From Nemertoderma westbladi (taxonomy: Eukaryota; Animalia; Xenacoelomorpha), in assembly GCA_032718475.1 (NCBI GenBank), contig JAUCBJ010008256.1, forward strand, positions 1-57,404: DNA of 57,404 nucleotides. Reading direction: 5' to 3'. Shown here in pieces: positions 44,737 to 57,404 of the stretch. The notes below the pieces were generated by a model. The model saw nothing but the letters and a program-made list of their open reading frames with translations. It did not search any database and was not told the origin of the DNA. The translations under genes were made by a program, and so were the position numbers. Positions within the stretch are counted from its first letter, which is position 1; every line of letters starts with the position of its first letter.

Positions 44737-45040
44737 CTTGGGCGGCTTTGTGACACTTGGACCCAACTGACACCCATTGGGTGTCATATGACACCCAATT
44801 ATCACCCTATGGGTGTCAATGGGTGTCATTGGCGCCAGGCTGTCTGTGTGACTCCTCCTAATTAGGCCAATTAGACCCTAATTGACAGGTGTCATCAATT
44901 AATTAGTACAATTAAACCATAAGAGGTGTCTTATGACTCCTAATTAGGGTTTAATTGATTATCCTAATTAATTAGACTGATTAGCGCCCTGACACACAAT
45001 GGGTCATCAGTTGGGTTCAAGTGTCACCTAGAGGCCCAAG
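44737..45040. mobile_element. ~300-bp foldback/MITE-like element
   Basis: Imperfect ~50-bp terminal inverted repeats (CTTGGGC..GTGACACTTG.ACCCAACTGA), internal TGACAC/GTGTCA motifs, AGGGT on both flanks. Confidence 0.65.
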
Positions 45041-45045
45041 AGGGT

Positions 45046-46012
45046 GTCATAAGTGCTGATTGTTTAGGGGGCCGATATAAAGTACCGATTAAAATAGGTT
45101 TAATTTTAGGAAGTAAAAGTTCCACCAGTAAAACTTCGTCACAAGTCTCTAAATCTTCCCTACGATTAAAAGTTAAATCACATCGAATGTAAGTACAGAC
45201 ACCACCACCGTGTCTGTCCCTATCCTTACGTAAAACTACGTAATTATCAATATAAATTTCTCCATCAGAAACGCTATCATCGAGCCAAGTTTCAGAGATT
45301 GTTAAACTGCTGGGTTGGATTTATTGATTAAAATACGAATTTCGGAAAGTTTGGGAAACAGAGATCGTGCATTTAAATGCAAAAAATGCAGACCTTTTTT
45401 CTTAAAAAATTTAAAAGTTTCACTCTCAGCATCACTTAGAGTTTGCAGAGGCGATGTGAGGAATGAATCGTCGGTTTCTGATTCTAAAATAGTATCATGA
45501 AAGGGAAGTTCGGTAAAAATACAGCTATTGCAGAGAAAACTTGGCTCAAGATTGTTTCTGGTGGAGAATAAATTACTGCTTTTCCTATGGTAACATTTTA
45601 AATGTACAAATGTGTCACAACTCTCGCATTGGACGATCTTACTCCGAGAGTTTGTTCCTCGTTGACAGACGGAACAGTTGATCTTCGGGGCCCGCGTCCT
45701 GCTGGGTCCTGGGTTGATCTCAATATCCCCAGCCAGAGACAGAAGAGAGAGTTTGGCGATTAGGCCTCTAGTTCGTGGAGAGGAGACCCAAGATCTTCTT
45801 CCCCGACGAGAGCAGTAGAGGCTAAATCCACTCGTCGACCACATCTCCGTCGATTCGGCGCGGCAGTTCGAAACGGTAGCGACAGGGTGTTCCGCAAACC
45901 AGTCCAATACGGGTATTGGTTGGGTTGCAGGGTTACCCCGCGGATCGGATGGTTCTGCCACAACGAAACGGCCCAGAACGATGAAAATAGTGGAGATTAA
46001 AAGCGGTGACAT
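45046..46012 (-). mobile_element. 5' fragment of a CR1/L2-group LINE ORF: leader peptide, 2A, PHD finger, APE endonuclease (frameshifted, truncated)
   Basis: LSLLSLAGDIEINPGP; PHD-like CSVC..CESC..H..C..CNSC; HLNARSL. After a frameshift near 45302 the frame continues ISETWL..RKDR..GGGV..YRPP. Confidence 0.88.
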
Positions 46013-46264
46013 TGTGCTGTCTGGGGGGGGGGGGGGGGGCTCAAAATGGAACTCGCCCAGGGGCGCAAAAAACGAAGCTCCGCCTCTGCGCTGCCCATGC
46101 CTCCCCCTTACGTATCCGAAGATCTTCACCTGACTTTCTGAACCATGATCCCAAGTAGCAGAAATCATCCACATGCTCAAGCAAGCCATCCTTAGAGCTC
46201 ATGCCCTTACGATTAGACATTTCTTAAGGGCTGTCTAGGTTCACTGTCATGATTTTGGTCTTCT

Positions 46265-46327
46265 TGGAGTTTACAAAAAGAAGCTACCTGCAATAAAGTA
46301 GATCGGTATTTCAATAAGGGTCAAGTG
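46265..46327 (+). other. Possible upstream exon remnant of the ABCC gene (WSLQKEATCNKV...)
   Basis: Resembles the MRP L0 segment WSLNKEDTS; a phase-0 GT donor at 46328 would join the acceptor at 46484. An in-frame TGA lies upstream at 46250. Confidence 0.3.
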
Positions 46328-46484
46328 GTAATGTTTAAATGAATGAGCTGGTAAGTGATATAGAGTTTTGAAAAATATTGAATATATTGTGCTGTATATA
46401 AATACTCTAATTCTAATATTATTCTTATATTAAATTTCGTATTCTTATACGAAATCTAACTTAAAATATTTTGGATTTTTACAG

Positions 46485-49400
46485 AAAGTGTCTCAAACGA
46501 AACCCAATGCTACATCTTTACTACGTGTTATTGTTCGAACCTACTGGCGTTGTTACATAAAGAACTCGAGTCTTATGTTACTTGGATATTGTTGCATGAC
46601 CATAAAGGCGTTACTTCTATGTGAGATATTGAAGTACTTTATGCCAGATAGTACCATTTCCACCCCAAATGCATATTTGTATACCTGCTTAATTGCTTTT
46701 CTAGATATGGTATATTTATTATCGAATAACAATTCAAAATTGCTTAATACAATTCTACTTACTGAGATACAAACAGCATGTTGTTCATTGATATATGATA
46801 AAATACTTTCATTATCAATTATAGACGACCAAGAGAAGATGAGTGTGGGTTATATAACTAATTTGGTTTCAAATGATTTGGGTCGTTTAGAATCAATGTC
46901 TCGCACATTTGGTTATTTGTTTGTATCTCCATTAGTAAATCTAGTTATAACTTGTCTTCTTGTATACATGCTGGGTTTAGCTGGAGGGATTGTGGCACTT
47001 TTGATTTTGTTAATTGTTCCTTTGCAGATTTGCATTGGAAAATTATTTGCTAAGTTGAGATCCACCGCCGCACAATTAACTGACAAAAGGATATCAAATA
47101 TAGATGATATTATTAATGGAATCTCTGTTATTAAGATGAATATTTGGGAGGAGGTATATATATCAGTAATCAAAAAATTACGTCAACTTGAAATTAATCA
47201 AATTTCCAATATATTATACTTGAGGTCATTTTATAGTCTAGACTTGAATGCATTCGTTGGATTCTTGGCGTTTTTTTCTTACTCAACCCTCGGTGGTGTT
47301 TTAGATCCTACAACTGTATTCACCTGCCTGTATCTTATTAATCTTTCATGTCATTTAAGTAATCGCTTAGGGATCTTATTAGGAAACATGTCTGAAGTAT
47401 ATATTAGTTTTTATAGAATTTGCAAATTTCTTTTGGTTCGGGATAAAAACGTATTCGAAGTATTGAACGTAAAAGAAGAAAGAGTAAAAATCAATGTTGG
47501 TGAAGTAGTATTATCTAATTTATCTGCTGGTTTCTTAGACAGAGAAGAAATTATCAGAAACATCAGTATATCAGTGAAAGCCACTGAAATCTTAGTTGTT
47601 ATTGGGCAAGTTGGTTCAGGGAAGACAACTTTGCTTCAAGCTATTTTAGGAGAAGTTCCAGTTACATTCGGTTCGGTAACTTTATCAGGAAAGGTAGCCT
47701 ATGTCCCCCAATCCCCTTGGATATTTAGTGGAACAATAAGAGATAATATTATATTTGAAAGAGAATTCGAGAAGGATTGGTACAATAGATGTCTGGCGAT
47801 GTGTGAACTCAGACTAGATATAGCAGCTATGCCCAATGGTGACTTTACTGTTGTTGGTGAAAAGGGAATAGCTCTATCCGGTGGACAGAAAGCTAGGATC
47901 AATTTGTGTAGAGCCTTATATTCGCGTGCTGATATTTACATATTAGACGATCCATTTTCATCACTTGATAATAATGTTGGAAGAGCTATTTTCGAGCAGT
48001 GTTTGGTAGGATATATGTCAAAGTGTTCATCTATAATTGTGGTCACTAATGATAGTAAACATTTACAGAGTGCAGATAGAATATTAGTTCTAGAAAAAGG
48101 TATGGCAAAGGTATATGGTAAACAAACAGATGTCAATTCCGAGACAAATAAATTACTGAATTTGCTGATGAATCACAGAAATGAAAATGACATTCTTTCA
48201 GAAAATGTATTTGATGATAAGGAGAAAGAAGAAACCATGGATAGTATTGTATTAGTACATAAAGGTGTTGCTGTGGATATTATGGAAGAATCGAATGAAG
48301 TTTCTAAAGATCCTATTGAAAAGGGTTCTATTAGCAAACATATTTACTTGCATTATATAAGATCAGGTGTAACCATTCCTATGGCAACTTTATTGATGCT
48401 CGTGTCTATATTTTGCCATGGCAGTGAACCATTTATTAATTATTGGTTGGCAGGTTGGGCCACTACTGATTCACAAAATGCATATGCAACTGCGACTAAG
48501 ACCAAAACTCCAACAATTTTTGGATGGTTGACATGGAGCAGCATAATTCTGGTGTATCTTGCGATCGTTGTTTTCAATTGGTTAACTATCATAGCTAAGT
48601 TCTGTTTTGGTTATGCCCTATTTCTAAAAGCCAGTCATAAAATGCACAATGTAATAATCAAGAAAGTCATTGAGGCTCCTAAGAAATTTTTTGACTTTAC
48701 GCCTGTTGGGCAAATTCTTAACCGATTCTCAAAAGATATTGGCGTTATGGATGATATGTTACCTGACCTTCTTTCAGATATTATGCATAAAGTATTATGT
48801 ATAACAGTTGTTATTATAATATCAGTATGTGTAACCCCATGGATTTTCTTACCAACTATCCCATTGGTTGCAATGTTGTGGTGGGTTAGGAAGATTACAT
48901 TGAGGCCTATGCGTGATGTAAAGATAATTGAGGGAGTTCTTCGAAATCCTATATTTGATCACATATCACAGACATTGGAGGGACTTCCTGTGATACGTTC
49001 TTACAAAGTGCAGAATTCTTACAGAAACTATATTTTTTAATTATCTTGATAGACACAATGAAGCCTGGTTCATGATCCAGCCCATTAAAATGTTCCTCGC
49101 TATTAACATTAATATTATCTGTTTAGTTTTTGCAATGATCAATTACTGTTTGTGTATATTAATATCAGACTCTCTGCTCGATTCAAATATGACATACCTT
49201 TCATTGACTTATGTTTTAGGATTGTGCGTTTTAGTAGATAGAGCTGTAATCCTATCAGCTGATATAGATGTAACCATGACATCTGTAGAAAGAGTCATGC
49301 AGTACACTAGGATTGATGAGGAGCCATATATGCGAAAGGATTACATAACACCACCAAATAACTGGCCCAACAAAGGGATTATATCGCTTATTAATGTTTG

Positions 49401-50166
49401 TTTAACTTATGATATGAGTAAACAGGTCCTTTACAATATTAATCTTAAAATAGCTGCAGGGGAAAAAATAGCATTTATTGGTCGAACTGGGGCTGGAAAG
49501 ACATCTATCTTCATATCAATGTTAAGGTTAGCTAATTATGAAGGTATAATTGAGATGGATGGGATTGACATAGCTAACATACCGCTGAAGTCACTTCGTG
49601 GTGCCATTGCTGTAGTACCCCAAGGTGCTGTGTTATTCGCAGGATCATTGCGTGATAATATGGACCCATTCAATGATCATTCTGATAGTGACATATGGGA
49701 TGTATTAGAAGCAGTTCAGATGAAGAATGAAGTTGTCTCTCGTCTACTAATTATGAAAAAAGAAAGGTTTTCAATACCAGATAGTAAAACCATCAACAGT
49801 AACATAGATTATAATGATTTGGATATAATTCGTGTCCATTCTAGGGGTTCCAATTTCAGTACAGGCCAACAACAATTGTTATGTTTGGGCCGGGCAATTC
49901 TAAGAAAATGTAAAATTATGTTAATGGATGAAGCTACCGCCTCTATTGATTTGGAAACACAAAGTGTTATTCAAGGGGTAATGGAGACTAAATTGAAAGA
50001 TTTAACTGTTTTGATAATTGCTCACAGAATTGAAACAATAATGGGCAGTGATAGAGTAGTAGTTGTTGCGAATGGAAAAATAGTTGAACTTGATAAACCA
50101 CAGGAGCTTTTAAACAACTCAGAAAGTTATTTTAGCAAAATTATGTCCAGCTTTGAAACAAATTAA
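46485..50166 (+). CDS. ABC transporter subfamily C (MRP4-like, TMD-NBD-TMD-NBD), single large exon, 1-nt frameshift at 49032-49038
   Basis: NBD1 GQVGSGKT / LSGGQ / IYILDD; FFDFTPVGQILNRFSKD; NBD2 GRTGAGKT / FSTGQ / LMDEATA / AHR. Branch-like CTAAC and TTTTTACAG acceptor at 46484. ORFs 46488-49040 and 49072-50166 join by a +1 shift. Confidence 0.92.
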
Positions 50167-50360
50167 AATGCATTAGTAAAAAGGAATTAGACCTGCATTT
50201 AAGAAAATCGTGTATTCACAATTAATCATATACTATACATTTAATGTCCTATTTAAATATTATTAAATTTAAATATTAAATATAATATAATATATTATAT
50301 TATATAATATATAATGTAATAATATAATATATTATATATAATATTAAATGTCCCATTTAA

Positions 50361-52202
50361 AGGTCCCTGAACAGGCAGTACTCTGTTAATCTACAGGAGC
50401 TAATAAACCAACAGGTTGATGCCATCAATGATGCTGACGACAGCAGGCAATCATCCCAGGCATGGAAATCGATCAATCTGCTTACTGGGCGGAAAAGCCA
50501 ACCAACCACCAAGGTTAAGGCTGAATCACCAGCCGATCGCCTCAATGGTTGGAAAGCCCACTTTGAAAAGCTCCTCAATAATGACAGGGTATTGCCTGAT
50601 AACTTTATAGAAGTAAAAGTGTCTGAGTCTGTACTCCCAGATATTCCCATTGGCGATATCTCCTTTGCAGAAGTGAAGGCTGCTGCAAAGAGCATTAAGA
50701 CCAATCGTGCCAGTGGAGTAGATGGTGTTCCCCCTGAGGTCTTTAAAATACCTGAGTGTTTAAAGCTCATCTATCCCATCATAGTAGACATGTACCGTAC
50801 AACAAGAGTCCCACAAGAAATGAAAACAAATAAGTTGGTGCCAGTTCCCAAGAAGGGCAACCTAACACTCTATGGTTCTTTTCGGGGAATCTCATTGATC
50901 TCGATTGCTGCAAAACTATACAATAGAATTCTATTAAATCGCATCAGGGATCCCATTGAGAGACTGCTCCGTGGAAATCAGAATGGGTTCCGTAAAGGTC
51001 GTGGGACCATGGAGACCATTTTGGCACTTAGAAGGATAATTGAAGAGTTATCAAAAAAGAATGACAGGCATCTGGCTGTTATCTTTGTTGACTTCTTCAA
51101 GGCCTTTGATTCAGTCTCTCGCTCACGTATGTTCCGCATACTTTCATTATATGGGATTCCTGATGAAATTATTGCAGCAATCAGATCAGTATACGATGGT
51201 TCGACAACATTTGTGTCTACTGTTGACGGTGACACAGAACCATTTGAAGTGTTATGGGGCGTCCTCCAAGGAGACACACTTGCACCATTCTTGTTCATTA
51301 TTGTGGTTGACTATGTTCTACGCATGTCCTTAGATCATCATAATGATGATGGGGTGATGATAACTCCACCTACTGGCTCCAGAAGTCGAGGAAATCCTGC
51401 CAAGTACCTAACTGATCTAGACTTTGCTGATGACTTAGGAGTACTCTCAGAATCATTAGAGGGAGCCCAGCGGCTCCTCAGCTCATTAGAACATGCTGCT
51501 TCTAGTGTTGGTCTTTTTATTAACTCCAGAAAGACCAAAATTCTGACAGTTAACTTTGAAAGTCCTCAGCAAGTCTCTGATCGGATGAGCATAAGCTCAA
51601 AGGATGGTATGCTTGAGCATGTGGACGACTTCTGTTACCTGGGATCATGGATCCGGAAGTCAGGTGAGGACCTTCGAATACGTACGGGAAAGGCATGGGC
51701 AGCCTTGAATAGGCTTTCCAGGATTTGGAAATCACCTAGAATTAATCGGAAACTTAAGGTCCGATTATTTAGAGCAGCAGTAGTTCCAGTACACCTCTAC
51801 GGGAGTCCATGCTGGGCTCTAACTGCTGAGGACACCAAATCTCTGGATGGCACATTCACAAGAATGCTACGCCGGGTACATTGTGTCAAGTACAATGCAC
51901 ACATCTCCAACCAGACACTATATAACATTGGAGGTGTCTCATTGGTTCCCCCAAGCTTGACACTAGAACAAAATCGCCTCCGCTTTGCAGGACATTGCTT
52001 TCGCCGTGAGGACCAGCCAGTGCATAATCTTGTACTTTGGCAGCCTCATGGAGTGAATAAGCATGGTGGACAGCCCATGACTTTCTTGAGACGCATCTTA
52101 AAGGACACTGGCCTTAAAGATGCGGATGATCTAGCAAATGTCATGGGTGATAGGGAGTTGTGGCGGTGCAATTTTGTTGACAAGCCGGCACAGCATTCTT
52201 AA
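50361..52202 (+). mobile_element. 5'-truncated RTE-group LINE; intact RT frame, endonuclease missing
   Basis: Frame open from 50361; ASGVDG, PKKG, FRGISL, QNGFRKGR, FVDFFKAFDSV, GVLQGDTLAPFLF, LDFADD, FCYLGS, RLRFAGHC. Confidence 0.92.
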
Positions 52203-52615
52203 AAATGCAGCTGCAATGCAGCATGCCGATCCTAGTATACATTTAATATTATTATTAATATTTAAATTGATGTATCGTTATGAACAAAAGTATACTATAA
52301 TAATACATCACATATATAATATTTCATTACAAACCATGTTGGATTTTGCTATATTAATATCCAAAAATGTTGACTGCCTTTATTTTACATCATCCTGCAC
52401 TCATGCAATAGTGCGGGGCGAGCTACGACTTTGGGTTGAACCTTGTCATACGGTACCATAATTACACCATTTCTCATCCTTTGGCTCCATCACATATGCA
52501 GACCCGTGATTAATCTGTGATCTGCAATAAGCTCAACAAACCATGATCGCTGGTAGAAAAGCCAGGGGACACAGATACACTAGAAACAATAATTTCGTCA
52601 GTGGTAAATAATAAG

Positions 52616-53840
52616 TGTGACGGGATCCGGGGATCCCGATTTATCCGGTGTATTCGCTTACGCGTCCCTTTTTATGTTTTTCATATAAATGAGATAATAT
52701 TGATGGGATAACACAGTTGATGTTTAGTTAAGGTTACCGGTAATATGGTAGCGGCAATGACGGTAACGAAAGTCACCGCTCTGCCCTCTAACTGTACTGG
52801 GATAACTGAATGAAATGACACGGTTACCAGTAATATGTATTGCACCGTTGGCTGTATTGTGTCACTCAGTCGATGCCTTCCCCCCATTGGCTAATAACTC
52901 ACTTCTCACCCTCATTTCCCTGGGTGTACTCCCCCCCCCCCCCCCCGCTGCTGTCTCTCTCTCCCTCCCTGAGGTATAACCTCTGACCCCCGCTGTGTGT
53001 GTTCCCTTGGGGCCTATTGTCCCCGCTTATTGGGGTGATACAAGGTTGATTGGTAATCAACCTTGTAGTTCCAATATTGCTTAAGGCGCTCTTTCCCACT
53101 TTGTTGGGGTGACACGAGGTTGATTGATAGTCGACCTCGTGTTCCCCAATATTGCTTAAACCTCACTTTATGGGGCTAGATGTGGCGGAATTGAATACGC
53201 TCACACTCCCCCCCCATGCTATCTTCCCGGTGAGAAGATAGCATCAACCTCAAGTGCGCTTCAATTCCGCTGGAACTCGATCTATTATCGGGTGTGTGGT
53301 GGAGTTATTTTCTTGGAGTCGGCTTTCCAGGCCGCTCCCTATGTGTATGATGTCACTACCCTCTGGCGTCTCGTGTCGGGCCAATCGTGCGCTTCTCTCA
53401 CACAATTTTTGTTTCCCCAACATTTTCGCCACTCCAACTCCACTCTAACTTCTCCACTCGAACTCCTCTCTAACTCTGCTCTAACTCCGCTCTTACTCTC
53501 TCCCCACACCTAAATCGCACTCGCCTGTCCTCTCTCTCGCCAGCAGCTCCTCTCCATGCTCCTCTCTACTCTCTGCCACTCCCTAAGGCCCTAATCTCTA
53601 ATGCTACCCCTGTGCTATTATACTATCTACCTTACTATTTACTTGCTAACTATCTAACTCTCCTACTCTCTACTAACTCTCTGACTCTAACTAGCTCTAC
53701 TAAAAGACCCTCTAACTCCTACTAACTCTTCTAAGTCTCTAACTGCTAACTCTACTAAGTCTACTGACTCTTACTACTTCTAGCTCTAACTAAAAACCTC
53801 TAACTCTCTACTAACTCTAACTCTACTTACTACTTTCTAC
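52616..53840. other. Unclassified GC-richer repeat-like block with an LTR-like end (TGTGACG) and G-poor plus strand
   Basis: Abrupt composition change at 52616; ~75-bp internal duplication (53030 and 53104); no partner LTR or TSD found. Confidence 0.3.
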
Positions 53841-54710
53841 GTGGCGCTTGCGGTGCCCACAACCACTCTGCTTACTACTAACTTCCGTCTACGTGGCGCT
53901 TCCGGTGCCCACAACCAATCTACTATCTGGCACCCTATGTGCCCGCTCTACTACTCTACTACCTGGCACCCTATCTGCCCTCTTTACTACTCTACTACCT
54001 GGCAACCTATGTGCCCTCTCTACTACTCTACTACCTCTAACTCTCTAACTCTACTACCTGGCACCCTATGTGCCCATCTCTACTACTCTACTACCTGGCA
54101 CCCTATGTGCCCTCTCTACTACTCTACTACCTCTAACTCTCTAACTCTACTACCTGGCACCCTATGTGCCCTCTCTACTACTCTACTACCTCTAACTAGA
54201 ACTCTCTAACTCTACCCACTCTTCTAACTATGTGGCGCTTAGGGTGCCCACAACCCCTTTACTACTACTTCCATCTATGTGGCGCTTCCAGTGCCCACAA
54301 CCTCTCTACTACTTCCATCTATGTGGCGCTTCCGGTGCCCACAACCACTCTACTACTGCTTTCTACGTGGCGCTTACAGTGCCCACAACCCCCCTACTAC
54401 TACTCGTGGCATGACAATATGCCACACTCCCTATACCCCGCTGCCTTCTAACCTAACTTCTACTTACTATACTCTCTACTACTTCTAACTTCTACTAACT
54501 GTCTACGTGGCGCTTGCGGTGCCCACAACCACTCTACTACTACTTCCTACGTGGCGCTTCCGGTGCCCACAACCCCTCTACTACTCGTGGCATGTTAATA
54601 TACCACACTCCCTATACCCCACCGCCTTCTAACTTTCCCGGTACTACGTACCCTCTACTCTCGTGGTATGTCTATACCACACTCCCTATACCCCGCCGCC
54701 TTCTAACTCT
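53839..54710. repeat. Array of about 17 short hairpins separated by (CTA/CT)-rich, G-poor linkers
   Basis: 8x GTGGCGC-N5-GTGCCCAC, 6x TGGCAC-CCTAT-GTGCC, 3x GTGG(C/T)AT-N4-6-AT(G/A)CCAC. Confidence 0.9.
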
Positions 54711-54821
54711 ACTTCTACCTTCTAACTACTTACTATCTTCTACTTTTATTTTTATTATTTAATTATTTTCTTATTTATTTTTAATTAAATAATTAATTTT
54801 TTGTGGGAAGGGCGTCTTGCC

Positions 54822-56675
54822 TGTTTGCGCTTTTAGACCTTTAGCAGTTTAACCGGCCAAATTTGGATGTCTTCTAGATAATAAATCGACTTTAGCCTAT
54901 GACGAGTATTTGATACACTACATTAGCCGAAGCCAGTCTATGCGCAACCATTCACCCGCTGGATATACCCGGGAGACTGGATTCGGAAGCTTAACTTGAT
55001 TGCGGTGTAAGCCTACTGTATTATTCGACTGATCGTAATATATAATCTCTGACAAATATTATTCACTTTCGGGAAATATTAACAGTTCCTTTAGGACGTG
55101 GCGCTCTAAATATGTAAACAGAGTTATGACTTAAACTAGACACAACGGGATGGCTATAGATTGAGCTGACATAAGTTTACTTGGTTTTGCCAAGTCTCGT
55201 TTTCCGTAAGGAGATCAATTGTATTCTCCTCATCGAAGAGTTGGTGTATATCGTCGTTGTCTGAGGAGTATGGAGTTCCCTCAGTTGGATCGTCTAACTC
55301 ACTGTTCTCAACTTCCCATTCTCGTACTTGATATACCTGATCTTTCGGTAATCTTTCCATGAGAGTTCTACGGGAAGGGCCAGTAAAGTACCAACCCACT
55401 CTAGTTCTTCCCGCATAAGCTTGTAATGGTTGCGGTTGAGCAGGCCGTTTCTCCAATGTCTCGAGCGCTTCATGCGCGTTTTGACCGATGAGTATTTGCA
55501 CTCCAGGGTAATCGGTGTTGAATCTAGGTATTTCCAGCTGCTGGGTGAAATCGTCCTCATCCCAGTTATAAGGTTCCACTTGGGTGGTAGCGAAGTTCTT
55601 TATCGCCACCATTTTTACTGACCTTATACTATGTTCTCCTAGTTCATCTTGGGGGGTGGACAACGCACCTACATAATAATCCGCGATTACTGTAGATTTC
55701 CAAACCTGCATAATTCCTGACATGTTTAGCTTAGTTCGGAACTTGGGTTGTCCAGCAAAGATGTCTTCGGCTAGTTCTTTGTCGATGAATGTTCCTGTAC
55801 TACCAGAGTCAAGGAGGGCCTTCACTACATAACTCCTTTTAGGTCCGTGGACCCTTACCTGTACTACAGGAAATTCTCGGATTCCTACATTGGAAGTTGG
55901 CACTAGCAGTATAGATGCGTGTAGGCTCCACACCTTGCGCATGAGATACTTCAGACCTAACGGGTTGACACATTGTTACAAGGGGTGGTGGTATACCCTT
56001 TTGTGTATTTACTAATTTATCTCGTTCTAGCGCGATACTTTGCTGCACTTCTTGCAACTCTAACCTACTTTCCCTTACTGTGCCCTTGAACTGCTTAACA
56101 GTCTCCTGCATCTGCCCGAGCAGGAGATCCATCCCCCGCCGTCTCTCATCCACCCATTCGACCGCCGAAGCTGGAGTCGCCAATGTTGTAGCGGGCGGAC
56201 GAGGGACAACGGGCGACAAATCATGAATATTTCGCTCGGAGTCCAGGACATGAACTGTCTCATGGGCTGTTCTGCTGGGCACAGGTAGCTTGGTGCTGTG
56301 CAGAGGGAATTTAGAGGTAGGTTCAGGGAGCACAGGTGTCTCTATCACCGAAGGGGTGATTTCAAGAACAGGCCTAATTATTTCAGGCTCATCTACTATA
56401 GTAGGGAGTCTTTCTATTTTAATTATTTGGTCTGTGGGTTCTGTACTACCTAAGCCTGCGCTAGTTAGTTGTCTTTTAACAGCTGGGGGCAAATCAGGCA
56501 ATTTGTGCCGGTGAGATGTTCTTCTACGCCTACTTAGACGAGATCTATTTCCTCCGCCTTCAGCATCGGTGGTATCGCCTTCCTCAGATGATGTATAACC
56601 TTGTCTTTTGGGAGTAGATCGATTCATCATCTGCATATTACTAGCTGTTAACTGTTTATTGAAGTTATCTTGCCT
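54822..56675 (-). mobile_element. Deleted relative of element B: LTR end (54822-55162), protease region and gag fragment
   Basis: LTR matches 25719-26059; the 262-aa and 282-aa ORFs align with the 1476-aa protein; internal deletion of about 1.5 kb at about 55901. Confidence 0.9.
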
Positions 56676-57404
56676 TACTTGTTGCAAAGTACTTTACAGT
56701 GTTCTGATCCTCGTGGCTTTATTTTCACTCACTCACTAACGTTCGTTCGTGTAACAAAGCCTCTCGGATGATCACACTGTAAAGTGCTACTTTACACACA
56801 AGTATGTAAATAGTTAAAAATTGAAAATGTAATAATTTTCGAAATTGCGTTCAATATTATACATAGTAATGATGAAATTGACAAAACACAAAGTGCAAAC
56901 TACCGGGACATGCAGTACATGACATCCTAATATTAATATTTTATGCAATTAATAAGATGATTTTCTGTAAATATCTACTATTTAGGCCCCCCTTACATGG
57001 AGCAACTTGTTTCTGAAACATGTTGCGGGAGGACCCCCTCACACACAGAAACTTGTTGCTGCGACTTGTTTCTGTGTGTGAGTGTGAGGGGCGCCTAAAA
57101 GTAAACTTTATATAAAAAAAAATAGGAAATTTATTTCCGGAAAAATATCTACTGTAGGAAAGTTCTTGACTCACATTCTTAAACCAGAATCATAGGTTAT
57201 TAGGCACTAAGTATAGCTTGTGTGACCATTTTTCAAATTTTAAAAATAGGGAAATTTGTGTTATTTTTGTTATTGGTAAGTGTTCTAAAACATTAGTAGA
57301 TATGTTTTTTATGGTAGCTAGTGTTTTTGAAATCATATAAAAATGTGAAAACATTGATATTTCAAGTTTAAACTGTCGCAGAATAATATTAATTTTTTAA
57401 AATT

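Noticed and set aside
46013-46189. First 59 aa of the 295-aa ORF
   Set aside because: Runs through a poly-G tract and repeat-like DNA; the ATG at 46012 is the more plausible start.
53839-54710. CRISPR array (also considered for 2712-2900)
   Set aside because: Spacers are mutually similar and low-complexity, the context is eukaryotic, and there are no cas genes.

Overview
AT-rich animal (probably invertebrate) genomic DNA dominated by nested retrotransposons. It holds two TSD-flanked BEL/Pao LTR elements on the minus strand. Element A (482-21156, TSD CCTAC) has 2.07-kb LTRs, a gag-pol frame split by one in-frame TAG, and a rearranged 5' end. Element B (25719-37924, TSD GTAAG) keeps gag and protease only and sits inside a related solo LTR. 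There are further solo or partial LTRs, a CR1/L2-type LINE fragment with a 2A (StopGo) motif, a 5'-truncated RTE-type LINE, several non-autonomous inverted-repeat elements and an array of about 17 small hairpins. Host-type genes are a two-exon three-finger (Ly6/uPAR-like) gene with a premature stop and an ABCC/MRP-type transporter encoded almost entirely by one 3.7-kb exon with a 1-nt frameshift. The most notable observation is that neither BEL element has a tRNA-type (TGG...) primer-binding site. Instead the 10-11 nt directly after the 5' LTR are complementary to a sequence inside the element's own LTR (11/11 in B, 9/10 plus a G-U pair in A). This is the geometry of Tf1-type self-priming, which I know only from Ty3/Gypsy elements. 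All alignments were done by eye; no searches were run.
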